Of a DNA stretch of 24,511 nucleotides, positions 9,023 through 17,500 are shown in pieces (the stretch's first letter is position 1; every line of letters starts with the position of its first letter). A program made the position numbers and the translations under genes. The DNA comes from Candidatus Muiribacteriota bacterium (GTDB lineage: Bacteria; Muiribacteriota; Muiribacteriia; Muiribacteriales; Muiribacteriaceae), in contig JBNJGP010000041.1 of the NCBI GenBank assembly GCA_051747805.1, positions 1 to 24,511 of the forward strand. The letters run 5' to 3'. The notes below the pieces were generated by a model. It ran no database searches. It saw only the letters and a program-made list of their open reading frames with translations, and was not told the origin of the DNA.

Positions 9023-9929
9023 AAAAATAGGTTTATTAATGGGAGGTAAGGGCAGGGAAAGAGAAATCTCCTTAAGAAGTGGAAAAAATATTAAAAAGGC
9101 TTTAATGAATCTTGGATATCAAGTTTATGTTTTTGATACAGATGATAATTTGCTTGTAAACCTCAGGAAGAATAATATAGACAAGGTATATAATGCACTG
9201 CATGGAAATTTTGGAGAAGATGGTACTATTCAGGGAATGCTTGATTTATACAATATAAAATATACTGGAAGCAAAGTTTTAGGGTCGGCAATATGTATGA
9301 ATAAAAATATTACTAAAAAAATTATTTCTGATTATAAAATTCCTACTCCACAGTCTATCTTATTAAAAAAAGAAGCTTTTGATAAAACAGGAATTTCGCA
9401 GTTAAATATTGATTTTCCAGTTATTGCAAAACCCAATCAGGAAGGTTCAAGTATTTCTGTAGAAATTCTTGAAAAAGAAAAGGAGCTAATTAATTATCTG
9501 CAAAAAAATTTAGAAGTATATAAGGAAATTCTTATTGAAAAGTATATTCAGGGGAGAGAATTTACGGTTGGAGTAATTGGATGCGAAAACTTGACAGTTC
9601 TTCCGATTCTGGAGCTGAAACCAGAAAACAGGTTTTATGATTATGAGGCTAAATATACACCGGGCATGACTGAATTTATATTTCCTGATGACATAGGTGG
9701 GCCAGTTAAGCAGAAAATTGAATCAATATGTTTGAAAACTCATCAGGTTTGTCAGTGTTATGGAGTATCGCGTATAGATTTAATACTTGATAAAAATAAC
9801 AGCCCATGGATTATTGAAGTAAATACGTCCCCGGGGATGACTCTTCAGAGTGATTTGCCTGCTCAGGCAGAAAAGGCGGGAATTAAATTTGATACTCTTA
9901 TAGAAAAAATATTGCAGAGTGCTACTTAA
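9015..9929 (+). CDS. ddl: D-alanine--D-alanine ligase (likely start at the second Met, 9015)
   Basis: GLLMGG...EREISLRSG, ALHGNFGEDGTIQG, KPNQEGSS, EKYIQGREFTV, FYDYEAKY (Tyr omega loop of D-Ala-D-Ala ligases), EVNTSPGMT. Confidence 0.97.
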   Translation: MDKKIGLLMGGKGREREISLRSGKNIKKALMNLGYQVYVFDTDDNLLVNLRKNNIDKVYNALHGNFGEDGTIQGMLDLYNIKYTGSKVLGSAICMNKNITKKIISDYKIPTPQSILLKKEAFDKTGISQLNIDFPVIAKPNQEGSSISVEILEKEKELINYLQKNLEVYKEILIEKYIQGREFTVGVIGCENLTVLPILELKPENRFYDYEAKYTPGMTEFIFPDDIGGPVKQKIESICLKTHQVCQCYGVSRIDLILDKNNSPWIIEVNTSPGMTLQSDLPAQAEKAGIKFDTLIEKILQSAT

Positions 9930-10450
9930 TGAAAAATAATGATTTATACAATAAAAACGAAATATTGCAGGAAACAGAAATAAAAGAAAGGCTTCTGAGG
10001 TTCTGGGTTAAAGAGTATAAACTTGAAGATTTTGTTATTTCTAAAAAAACAGGCAATTTATATTTTAAGGAAATTATTTTTTATATTGAGTCTATAAAGT
10101 TTCTTAAAGATGCTGAAATTTTTTCTGCGGAGGGTCTTAAAAAAATTATTGGTGAGTTTAAGAAAGGAAAAACAAAAATCAATGAAATGAAGTTTATCAA
10201 TGAAGTTTCTGATAAGTTTCTGCATCAGTTTAATAAAAGAAATAATATAAAAGAAAAGGTTAAAACAAATCCGCCTGAACTGACAGGGGATGATTATTAT
10301 TTTAACCTTCTGAAAAAATCAGAAATTCTGATTAAGGAAAAAAATTATTTTGATGCTGTTAATATGCTTACGCTAATAAAGAATAATTCAAAAACATACA
10401 ATGCTATAGCAAATGAAATGATTACTTTTATAAAAAATAATTCAGATTGA
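9929..10450 (+). CDS. Hypothetical protein, possible C-terminal TPR-like helix pair
   Basis: 173-aa ORF coupled to ddl (TAATG) and to the next gene. The C-terminus (SEILIKEKNYFDAVNMLTLI) resembles a TPR unit. Confidence 0.7.
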   Translation: MKNNDLYNKNEILQETEIKERLLRFWVKEYKLEDFVISKKTGNLYFKEIIFYIESIKFLKDAEIFSAEGLKKIIGEFKKGKTKINEMKFINEVSDKFLHQFNKRNNIKEKVKTNPPELTGDDYYFNLLKKSEILIKEKNYFDAVNMLTLIKNNSKTYNAIANEMITFIKNNSD

Positions 10451-10451
10451 T

Positions 10452-12089
10452 ATGAAAAAAAATTTAATTTTAACCTTTTTTTTAATATTTGCCTTTACTC
10501 AGGTGTACTGCTCAAAAAATACTGTTTCTTCTAACAGTGAGATTAAAAATATTCTTTATGAAACAGAAAAAGAAAATATCTATATAATGGAAGATGATAA
10601 GTTTCAGTTTGAGTTGTTTATATCTAATATAAAAAGAGATTTAAAGATTTATTCTGATAAGAATAAAAGACCAGTTATTTCAAATATAAATGATGAAAAT
10701 AATATAGTTTATTATAGAAACGAGGGAAATTCTATTAAATTCGAGAACTTAAAATTTGAAACTTCTTCAAACTCCACAAAAGTTTTTGATTTTAAGGGTA
10801 AAAACGGGGATATTTTTTTGAAAAATATTGAAGCTAATTCTTCAAAAAGAAGCACTGAAGCTTTAAGTGTGTATGGGATGGGATTAGATATTAAAAGCTC
10901 TGTATTTGATGGCTTTCATGAAAATTTTAATATTGAATTTACAGATAATAGACCTGTTAAAATCCAGAATTCAGTATTTAAAAACACAGAAAAAAGTATT
11001 GTGAGTATCGAGGCGCCTTCTGGGGAGTTTATTTTTAATAATCTTCAAATTGAAGGAATTTTTAGATGGCCTGTTTTTTCTTTTAATAAACAGTTAAGTG
11101 AAAACTCGGTAATAAAAATTGATAAAAAAACAATCGAGTACTTTTATAAAAACTCAAAAGGAGTTTTTCTGATTACTGCACATTCAGATATCCCAATAGT
11201 TTCAAAAAAAAATCATGAACATTTCAGCGACAATTATGCTTCTTTTTTTAATATAACAAAACAACTTCATTCTATATTATATGTCCCCCTTGAATTTACC
11301 GATAAACTTTATGAAGAGGCCCCAGATTATAAAGAGTTTGAAAATATAATTGAGGATTTATTTTTTCAAACAATAAGAGAGGAACATTCAAAAATGAAAG
11401 TTCGTAAAATACTTGGGCTGTATCAGCTTTTACATGTATATCCTCTATACGATAAGCTTAATATAAAAAATCATCTTGAGCTGGATCAAATTTACAATCG
11501 TTTGTTTTTAGTTGAAAACGTTTTTAATGATATGCCTCTTTATAAAAATATTATGCTTGTATTTTTTAACGGTCTGTTTGATTATTCTCCGGGAGCACCA
11601 CATGCTCTGAATATATTTAATTATGATATTTATCTTGATAACTCAAACATAAAAGAGCTTGCCCGGGATTTTGACTTTGATAAAACTCTGGTTTTGTTTA
11701 AAAATATTGAAAATACGCGTGAAAAGAAAAAAGAGTTGATAGAGAAGTTAAAGGTTATAGTTGAGGGTAATTTTATGGATAGTGTAAACTATGCTTTTGC
11801 AAATGATAGAAATTATATTGAAAAGACTGAGAAAATAATTGATTTAATTTATAAACAATTTGATGAAAAAGAAAAGTTTTTGAATTTATTACTTTTTGAT
11901 ATAAGATTATGTATTAACTATGCATTTATTTATTCAAATATAATAAATTCAGAAAATCGTGAAGTTTATATTGAAATGGCAAAAATTTTTCAAGAATTTG
12001 AGAGTTATTTTAAAAATTATTCTGTGCTGCATGAAACAGAGATGCTTAGAAATTTTGTTGGCAGAAAAATAAAAAATGTATTACAATAA
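10452..12089 (+). CDS. Exported hypothetical protein; N-terminal right-handed beta-helix-like repeats, C-terminal helical region
   Basis: Signal peptide MKKNLILTFFLIFAFTQVYC. Recurring IKFENLKFE / IFLKNIEAN / LDIKSSVFDG / VKIQNSVFKN / FIFNNLQIEG at about 23-25 aa spacing. Confidence 0.7.
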   Translation: MKKNLILTFFLIFAFTQVYCSKNTVSSNSEIKNILYETEKENIYIMEDDKFQFELFISNIKRDLKIYSDKNKRPVISNINDENNIVYYRNEGNSIKFENLKFETSSNSTKVFDFKGKNGDIFLKNIEANSSKRSTEALSVYGMGLDIKSSVFDGFHENFNIEFTDNRPVKIQNSVFKNTEKSIVSIEAPSGEFIFNNLQIEGIFRWPVFSFNKQLSENSVIKIDKKTIEYFYKNSKGVFLITAHSDIPIVSKKNHEHFSDNYASFFNITKQLHSILYVPLEFTDKLYEEAPDYKEFENIIEDLFFQTIREEHSKMKVRKILGLYQLLHVYPLYDKLNIKNHLELDQIYNRLFLVENVFNDMPLYKNIMLVFFNGLFDYSPGAPHALNIFNYDIYLDNSNIKELARDFDFDKTLVLFKNIENTREKKKELIEKLKVIVEGNFMDSVNYAFANDRNYIEKTEKIIDLIYKQFDEKEKFLNLLLFDIRLCINYAFIYSNIINSENREVYIEMAKIFQEFESYFKNYSVLHETEMLRNFVGRKIKNVLQ

Positions 12090-12094
12090 TTATT

Positions 12095-12946
12095 ATGGGA
12101 CCTGAAAAAATATTTAAAATTCTTCCAGAATGCGATAGCGCAAGAAAAAAAGTTATTTTCGAAAAAATAATTAATGCTAAAGATATGTCTCTTTATGATA
12201 AAAGAGATTTTGTAAAAAAAATTCTTGTAAAAGTTCAGGACGAAGAAACACAGGCCCTGGCACGTTATGTTTATCACACTATTAAAGAAAAAATTGAAAA
12301 AGAAGAGGATTATTTCAGAAATAATCCCGAAGATATTCTATCCTCAGATAATAATGATGATAAAATTGAGCTGCTTAAAAAAATTAGAACTAATAAAATG
12401 ATAGAGTTAAAATCATATATTATGAAATATATTTCAAAAGAAAAAGACCCCTTTGTTCTGGCAACTATGATTTCTACTATAGGGGAGGTCGGAACTCCTG
12501 AGGACGGCATGGGTTTGCTTGAATTTCTTGCAAGCTCGGATTCAAGAATCAGAGCAAATGCAGTGGATGCTTTATCCAAGCTGGAAAACGAAAAAACTTA
12601 TGATCAGATAATTGTTCTGGTGGAAGACCCGGATTCGCGGGTAAGAGCCAACGTTGCCCATTTTTTAAAAGAAAAAGGCACTTACCGGACTATGGAGATT
12701 TTAAAAAAAATGGTTTATTCCGGGGATGTAAGAGAGCTTGAAAGCGCAATTTACGTTTTAAAAAGAATTGACAGGAAAAAGTCTGGTAATTTGTTGAAAT
12801 TAGCCCAGGAAAAGCTTGAAAAAAACAAAAGAAATGATTTTTACTCCGGGATTAAAAATCAGATTAAAGAAAAAACTGGTACTATAAAACCGGAATTTAA
12901 TTCTGTAAAAGATAAAATTTTAAATATTTTCAAAAAAAAAAATTAG
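12095..12946 (+). CDS. HEAT-repeat protein
   Basis: DPFVLATMISTIG, SDSRIRANAVDAL and DPDSRVRANVAHFL repeats, paralogous to those in 5322..6398. Confidence 0.85.
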   Translation: MGPEKIFKILPECDSARKKVIFEKIINAKDMSLYDKRDFVKKILVKVQDEETQALARYVYHTIKEKIEKEEDYFRNNPEDILSSDNNDDKIELLKKIRTNKMIELKSYIMKYISKEKDPFVLATMISTIGEVGTPEDGMGLLEFLASSDSRIRANAVDALSKLENEKTYDQIIVLVEDPDSRVRANVAHFLKEKGTYRTMEILKKMVYSGDVRELESAIYVLKRIDRKKSGNLLKLAQEKLEKNKRNDFYSGIKNQIKEKTGTIKPEFNSVKDKILNIFKKKN

Positions 12947-14226
12947 GGGTTAGACCTTTCATAATTCAACTCTTTTTTTAATTCGCCCAGTAGATAAAGA
13001 GAACCTGTTATAAAAACATTACAATTTGTTTTTTTTTGAAAATTTTTAGTTTCACAAAGAGCTTTTGAGGAATTTGAGAAGAATTTTACTGATTTAAAGT
13101 GTTTTTTTGCATGAAAAATCATCTTTTCTTTATCCATAACTCTGGGGCTTTTAATATTTGTTAAAAAGACTTTATCAGAATATTTTGAAAATTTTGAAAA
13201 CATAAAGTCTGGATTTTTATCTCTTAATATAGAGCATAAAAACAAATTATTTTCATTTTTATAAAAATTATTTAAAAAACTGTCTAATGAACGAATTCCG
13301 CCTGGATTATGGGCTCCATCCATTAATATATCTGGATTTTTATTTATAAATTCGAGTCTACCGGGGAAAAAAGCTTTCTCAAGGCCCACACGTATAGATT
13401 TTTCAGAAATTCTATGGGTAATAGCAGTCATTACAGCACAGGCGGCATTATTGACCTGATGGGGACCAGCCATTGAAATTTTTAAATCTTTAAAATACTT
13501 ATTGTAAAAACTGAAATCAAAAAGAGTGGAATCTTTAGTTTCTCTGATATTTAATGCCTGGAAATGTTTACCTAAAATATAAATTTCTGAATTTTTTTGA
13601 CTGGCGATTTCTGTAAAAATTTTTTGAATATGTTTTCTTTTTTCGCCTGTAATAAGAATAGAATTTTCTTTAATAATTCCTGCTTTTTCAACAGCTATTT
13701 TTTTCAGTGTTTTTCCAAGAATGCCTGTATGATCAAAATCAACGTTAGTTATTAAAGCTGTTGATTTTTTCATTGTATTTGTAGCATCAAGTCTTCCGCC
13801 TAGTCCTGTTTCGATAATTGCCCACTTTGCTTTTTTACAGTAAAAATGCGTAAAACCAATTGCTGTCATAATTTCAAAAAAAGAAGGATGTTCTTCAAAA
13901 AGAGGAATAAGTTTTTTTAAGGCTGAATCGATTTTTTTTCTAACTTCATCAAACTCTTGTTCAGTTATTTCTTTTAGGCCAACTCTTAATCTTTCATTAT
14001 AGCTTACAAGATGCGGCGAGGTGAATTTTGCTGTTAAAAGTCCCTCGTTATTAAAAATGTATTCAAGGAAAGTTGAGGTTGAACCTTTTCCGTTAGTTCC
14101 ACTTATATGAACTGTTTTATATTTATCTTGCGGATTTCCCAGAAGTTGAAGTAATTTAATAACTTTTTTTAATTCATACTTCTGACCACTTCTTATAAAA
14201 TCATGCATGTAATCTTTTAAATTCAT
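12943..14226 (-). CDS. folC: Bifunctional folylpolyglutamate synthase/dihydrofolate synthase
   Basis: HISGTNGKGST P-loop, FTSPHLVSYNER, ETGLGGRLDATN, DFDH..ILG, EKAGIIK, PGRLE, DGAHNP, ITGSLYLLG. Confidence 0.97.
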   Translation of the reverse strand: MNLKDYMHDFIRSGQKYELKKVIKLLQLLGNPQDKYKTVHISGTNGKGSTSTFLEYIFNNEGLLTAKFTSPHLVSYNERLRVGLKEITEQEFDEVRKKIDSALKKLIPLFEEHPSFFEIMTAIGFTHFYCKKAKWAIIETGLGGRLDATNTMKKSTALITNVDFDHTGILGKTLKKIAVEKAGIIKENSILITGEKRKHIQKIFTEIASQKNSEIYILGKHFQALNIRETKDSTLFDFSFYNKYFKDLKISMAGPHQVNNAACAVMTAITHRISEKSIRVGLEKAFFPGRLEFINKNPDILMDGAHNPGGIRSLDSFLNNFYKNENNLFLCSILRDKNPDFMFSKFSKYSDKVFLTNIKSPRVMDKEKMIFHAKKHFKSVKFFSNSSKALCETKNFQKKTNCNVFITGSLYLLGELKKELNYERSNP

Positions 14227-14232
14227 GAACTG

Positions 14233-14261
14233 AAAATATACAAAAAAAATATTTTTGTCAA
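14233..14261 (-). promoter_or_regulatory. Sigma70-type promoter for folC, probably giving a leaderless mRNA
   Basis: The minus strand reads TTGACA (14261-14256), 17 nt, TATTTT (14238-14233), 6 nt, ATG (14226). Confidence 0.65.
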
Positions 14262-14299
14262 CAATTTGTTACAAAGTCCAGCAATTCTCAATTTACCGA

Positions 14300-14471
14300 A
14301 GGTCGAGTAAAGTCGATGTCATCGACAGTAAAGTCAGCTAAAGCTGACAGCAAAAGATTAAAACAAAAATACTGTAAATTTTAATTTACTTTACTGTTAT
14401 CGTTAGATAACTTTACTATCACTTTTAGGTGATTTTACTAAGCTGAAAGCTTTTTACTTTTATGTCGGCCT
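14300..14471. repeat. Array of five short hairpins separated by AGTAAA (left arm) or TTTACT (right arm) linkers; putative structured RNA or ssDNA element of unknown class
   Basis: AGTAAA 14306, GTCGAT-GTC-ATCGAC 14312-14326, AGTAAA 14327, GTCAGC-TAAA-GCTGAC 14333-14348, AGCAAA 14349; central ATTAAAA/TTTTAAT 14357-14385; TTTACT 14390, GTTATC-GTTA-GATAAC 14396-14411, TTTACT 14412, ATCACT-TTTA-GGTGAT 14418-14433, TTTACT 14434, AAGCT-GAA-AGCTT 14440-14452, TTTACT 14453; closed by AGGTCG 14300-14305 / CGGCCT 14466-14471. Confidence 0.8.
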
Positions 14472-14496
14472 GACCAAAAAAGCCTTTTAAGAAAAT

Positions 14497-14525
14497 TTGC
14501 TAAACTCAAGTTAAAAAGTTAAAAT
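14497..14525 (+). promoter_or_regulatory. Candidate sigma70-type promoter for the giant gene
   Basis: TTGCTA (14497-14502), 17 nt, TAAAAT (14520-14525), about 60 nt upstream of the ATG. The AT-rich context makes chance matches possible. Confidence 0.5.
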
Positions 14526-14587
14526 TATAAAGACTGAATACCGAAGATAAAAAGGATTATTTTTTATTTAACAAAAAATTAAAAAAA

Positions 14588-17500
14588 ATGAATAAATTTT
14601 ATTTAAAAAAACCTTTTTTAATATTGCTTTATTGTTTAATAATAGTTATTTCAGTCTGCGCAAATCCTGAAGTTGTTCATCCTATTCAGGGAACTCAAGT
14701 TGAAAATGCTTACGTTAAAGTTGAGTGGAATCACGGCAGTGACCTTCCCGATGCTTACAAAATTAAAGCATGGGTTGTTGGTATTCCAGAGGAGACTATT
14801 GAGGGAGAAGTGCCTGGCAATGTAAATTATCGATGGGTGGGTCCTCTTGGTAATGCTGCTTTTGAATGGGAGTTATACGCTATTGTTGATGGTGTTGAAG
14901 TGCCAATTACAGAAGACCCTATAGGTTTTTCTATTGATGCTCCTGAAGGTTACATATGGGATGTAGAGGATGGTAATGCTTTTTATTCTGAATTTGTTAA
15001 TAAAACTTCTCCATTAGATGCGGCCGATATTGAAGATACGCAGCCACAGTTTCAGTGGCAGCAGAGTGCATCATTTGATAATTATAGAATAATACTTTCA
15101 AATAATTCAGAATTTCTTGATGATGATGAGACTGGATTATCTGATGGTAATTTTGTTTTAAGAGCTGAAACAACTTCAGATAATCATACTTTTGATACTG
15201 TTCTTGCAGAAGAACATTTATATTACTGGCGTGTTCTTGGTTTATCTGACGGGTGTTTTAATCCTGCAACAGCTGAGGTTAATACTTTTACAGTGGGATA
15301 TCCGGAAGGAGTTGTAATATTAACGTTGCCACAGAATGGTGATACTTTAAATGATAGTGAAGTTACTTTTGGGTGGGAACAACTTGAGCCTGCCCCCGAT
15401 ACTTACGAAATACAGATTTCATCCAATGATACTTTTACAAATATAGTTCATCAGGAATCTTTGATTTTGCAGGAAACAACTTATACAGTTCCTTATGGTG
15501 TGCTTTCTTTTGACAGCACCTATTACTGGAGAGTTTATCCAGATTATGAAGGGGACGAACCACAGCCAGAAGAAGCTACTGTATGGAATTTTTCTTTACA
15601 GCATGAAATAGACGATCCGCCACCTCCAGTGGTTCTGGATAGTCCAAATCACGGGGTAACATTTGAATCAGCCCAGATAACTTTCAGCTGGCACCCATTA
15701 TCCCCTGAGCCAGATAAATACTATTTTGAAATTGCCAATGATGAATTTTTTTCCTCACCTATTGCCCATGGCCCGGTCGAGCTTGGAAATACCGAAACCG
15801 ATTATACTACTCCAACTGAATCACTTGAAATGGGAGAAACTTATTACTGGCGGGTGTATGCCGAATTAAATGGATTAAGTGAACCGGATGCTGCAGACAG
15901 TAGAAGCTTTCATTTAGAATCAGATGTTGAAATTCCACCTGAAGTTACTTTAATAAGTCCCTCCAACACGGCTGTAATTAACTCAGAAAGTGTTGATTTT
16001 ACATGGGAATATCAGGACCCAAATCCAGATAAATACATTTTACAGATTTCTACAAATGACTCATTTTTAGGTGGTATAATTTATGATGAAGAACTTGAGG
16101 GATATACCACAAGTTTTTCTGCAGATGCTGGTCTAAGCTACGATAATACTTATTACTGGCGTGTTTATGGTATAAATTATGATGGCGAAAATGAATTAAG
16201 CAATCCAGAAGGAGCAGATATTCGGGAGTTTAGTTTAGAAGAAGACCCTGATGCTGATACCCCGGGCAAAGTAAATCTGGTAAGTCCTTTAAATGGAGCT
16301 GTTTTAAATACTGAAATAGTTGAGTTTTACTGGCAGCAATTAGATGAAATACCAGACAATTATGTGTTTGAGCTTGCCCAGGATAGTGGTTTTACAAGTT
16401 CTCAGGAATTCACGGTTGGAGGAAATACTACTAATTATACTGTTTCATCAGGGTTGTCTTTTAATAATACTTATTACTGGCGGGTATATGGTATTAAAAA
16501 TGATGCATCAAATCCTGAAGGGGCAACAATAAGAAGTTTTTCTCTTGAAGAAGACGAGAGTGAAGCGCCACCACCTGTTACTCTGGTTAATCCCGGGCAT
16601 GATGCCCTCCTCAACGAGGATGAGGTAACTTTTTTATGGGAGAAATTAATACCTTATCCCGATTCATATATTATACAGGTTTCAACATCCTCAAATATAA
16701 CCGGTGGTATTGTTTTTGAAAACACACTGGACGGAAGTACTTCAAGCCAGCATGTTTCAAGTGAACTTTCTTTTGGGAACACTTATTACTGGCGTGTTTA
16801 TGGAGTTAAAGACGGTTATTCAAACCCCGGAGAGGCAATTATAAGAAGTTTCAATATAGATTATGCTGAAGGGGATGTTCCTTCTCCGGTTAATTTGCTT
16901 CAACCTGAAAATGAGGCTATGTTAAGTTCAACTGCTATAGAGTTCAGCTGGGAAGGATTAAGTCCTGCTCCTGATAATTATGTATTACAAGTTTCAGAAG
17001 ATTCTCATTTTTCCACTCTTTTTTATAATCAGGAGCTTTCAGGTATTGAAACTGTCCAGTCAGTTTCTGGATTAGTAGAAGGTAATACTTATTATTGGCG
17101 GGTATATGGTAAAAATGCAGAAAATTATAATGATGGGGCAGCCGAAATAAGAATGTTTTCAATTATTGATGATAGTGGTGGAGTAGAGGCACCGTCGCCT
17201 GTTACCCTTATAAGTCCAGAAGACGGAGCTATTATAAATCAGACAGAAATAAACTTTTTATGGCAGGCATTAGATGAAGAAGTAGATAATTATATATTAC
17301 AAATAGCTGCAAGTAATGATTTTCAAAATGATTTAATAGAAAATGAAATTTTATCTTCTGAGTCAACTAGCTATTTTCTTAGCGGAGGAATTTCTTTTAA
17401 TAATACTTATTACTGGCGTGTTTATGGAGTAAAAAGCAGTCAAAGTGATTCCGCCTCTGCCCAAGTAAGAAATTTCAGTGTTGAAGAACTGGATGAACAT

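Noticed and set aside
9015..9929. Van-type D-Ala-D-Lac ligase (glycopeptide resistance)
   Set aside because: The omega loop FYDYEAKY is the D-Ala-D-Ala type, and no van genes are adjacent.
14300..14471. CRISPR array or integron attC interpretation of the intergenic repeats
   Set aside because: The conserved unit is only 6 nt and the variable units are 13-16-nt palindromes. No cas or integrase gene is present, and there are no attC-sized RYYYAAC/GTTRRRY arms.
14290..14550. Known riboswitch (c-di-GMP-I or THF), suggested by the PilZ, adhesin-like and folC neighbours and by TACCGAAG occurring twice
   Set aside because: I could not find the conserved cores or architecture of either family by eye. 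An Rfam scan is needed to exclude them formally.
14227..14587. Replication origin
   Set aside because: No DnaA boxes (TTATCCACA-like) are visible and no origin-associated genes are adjacent.
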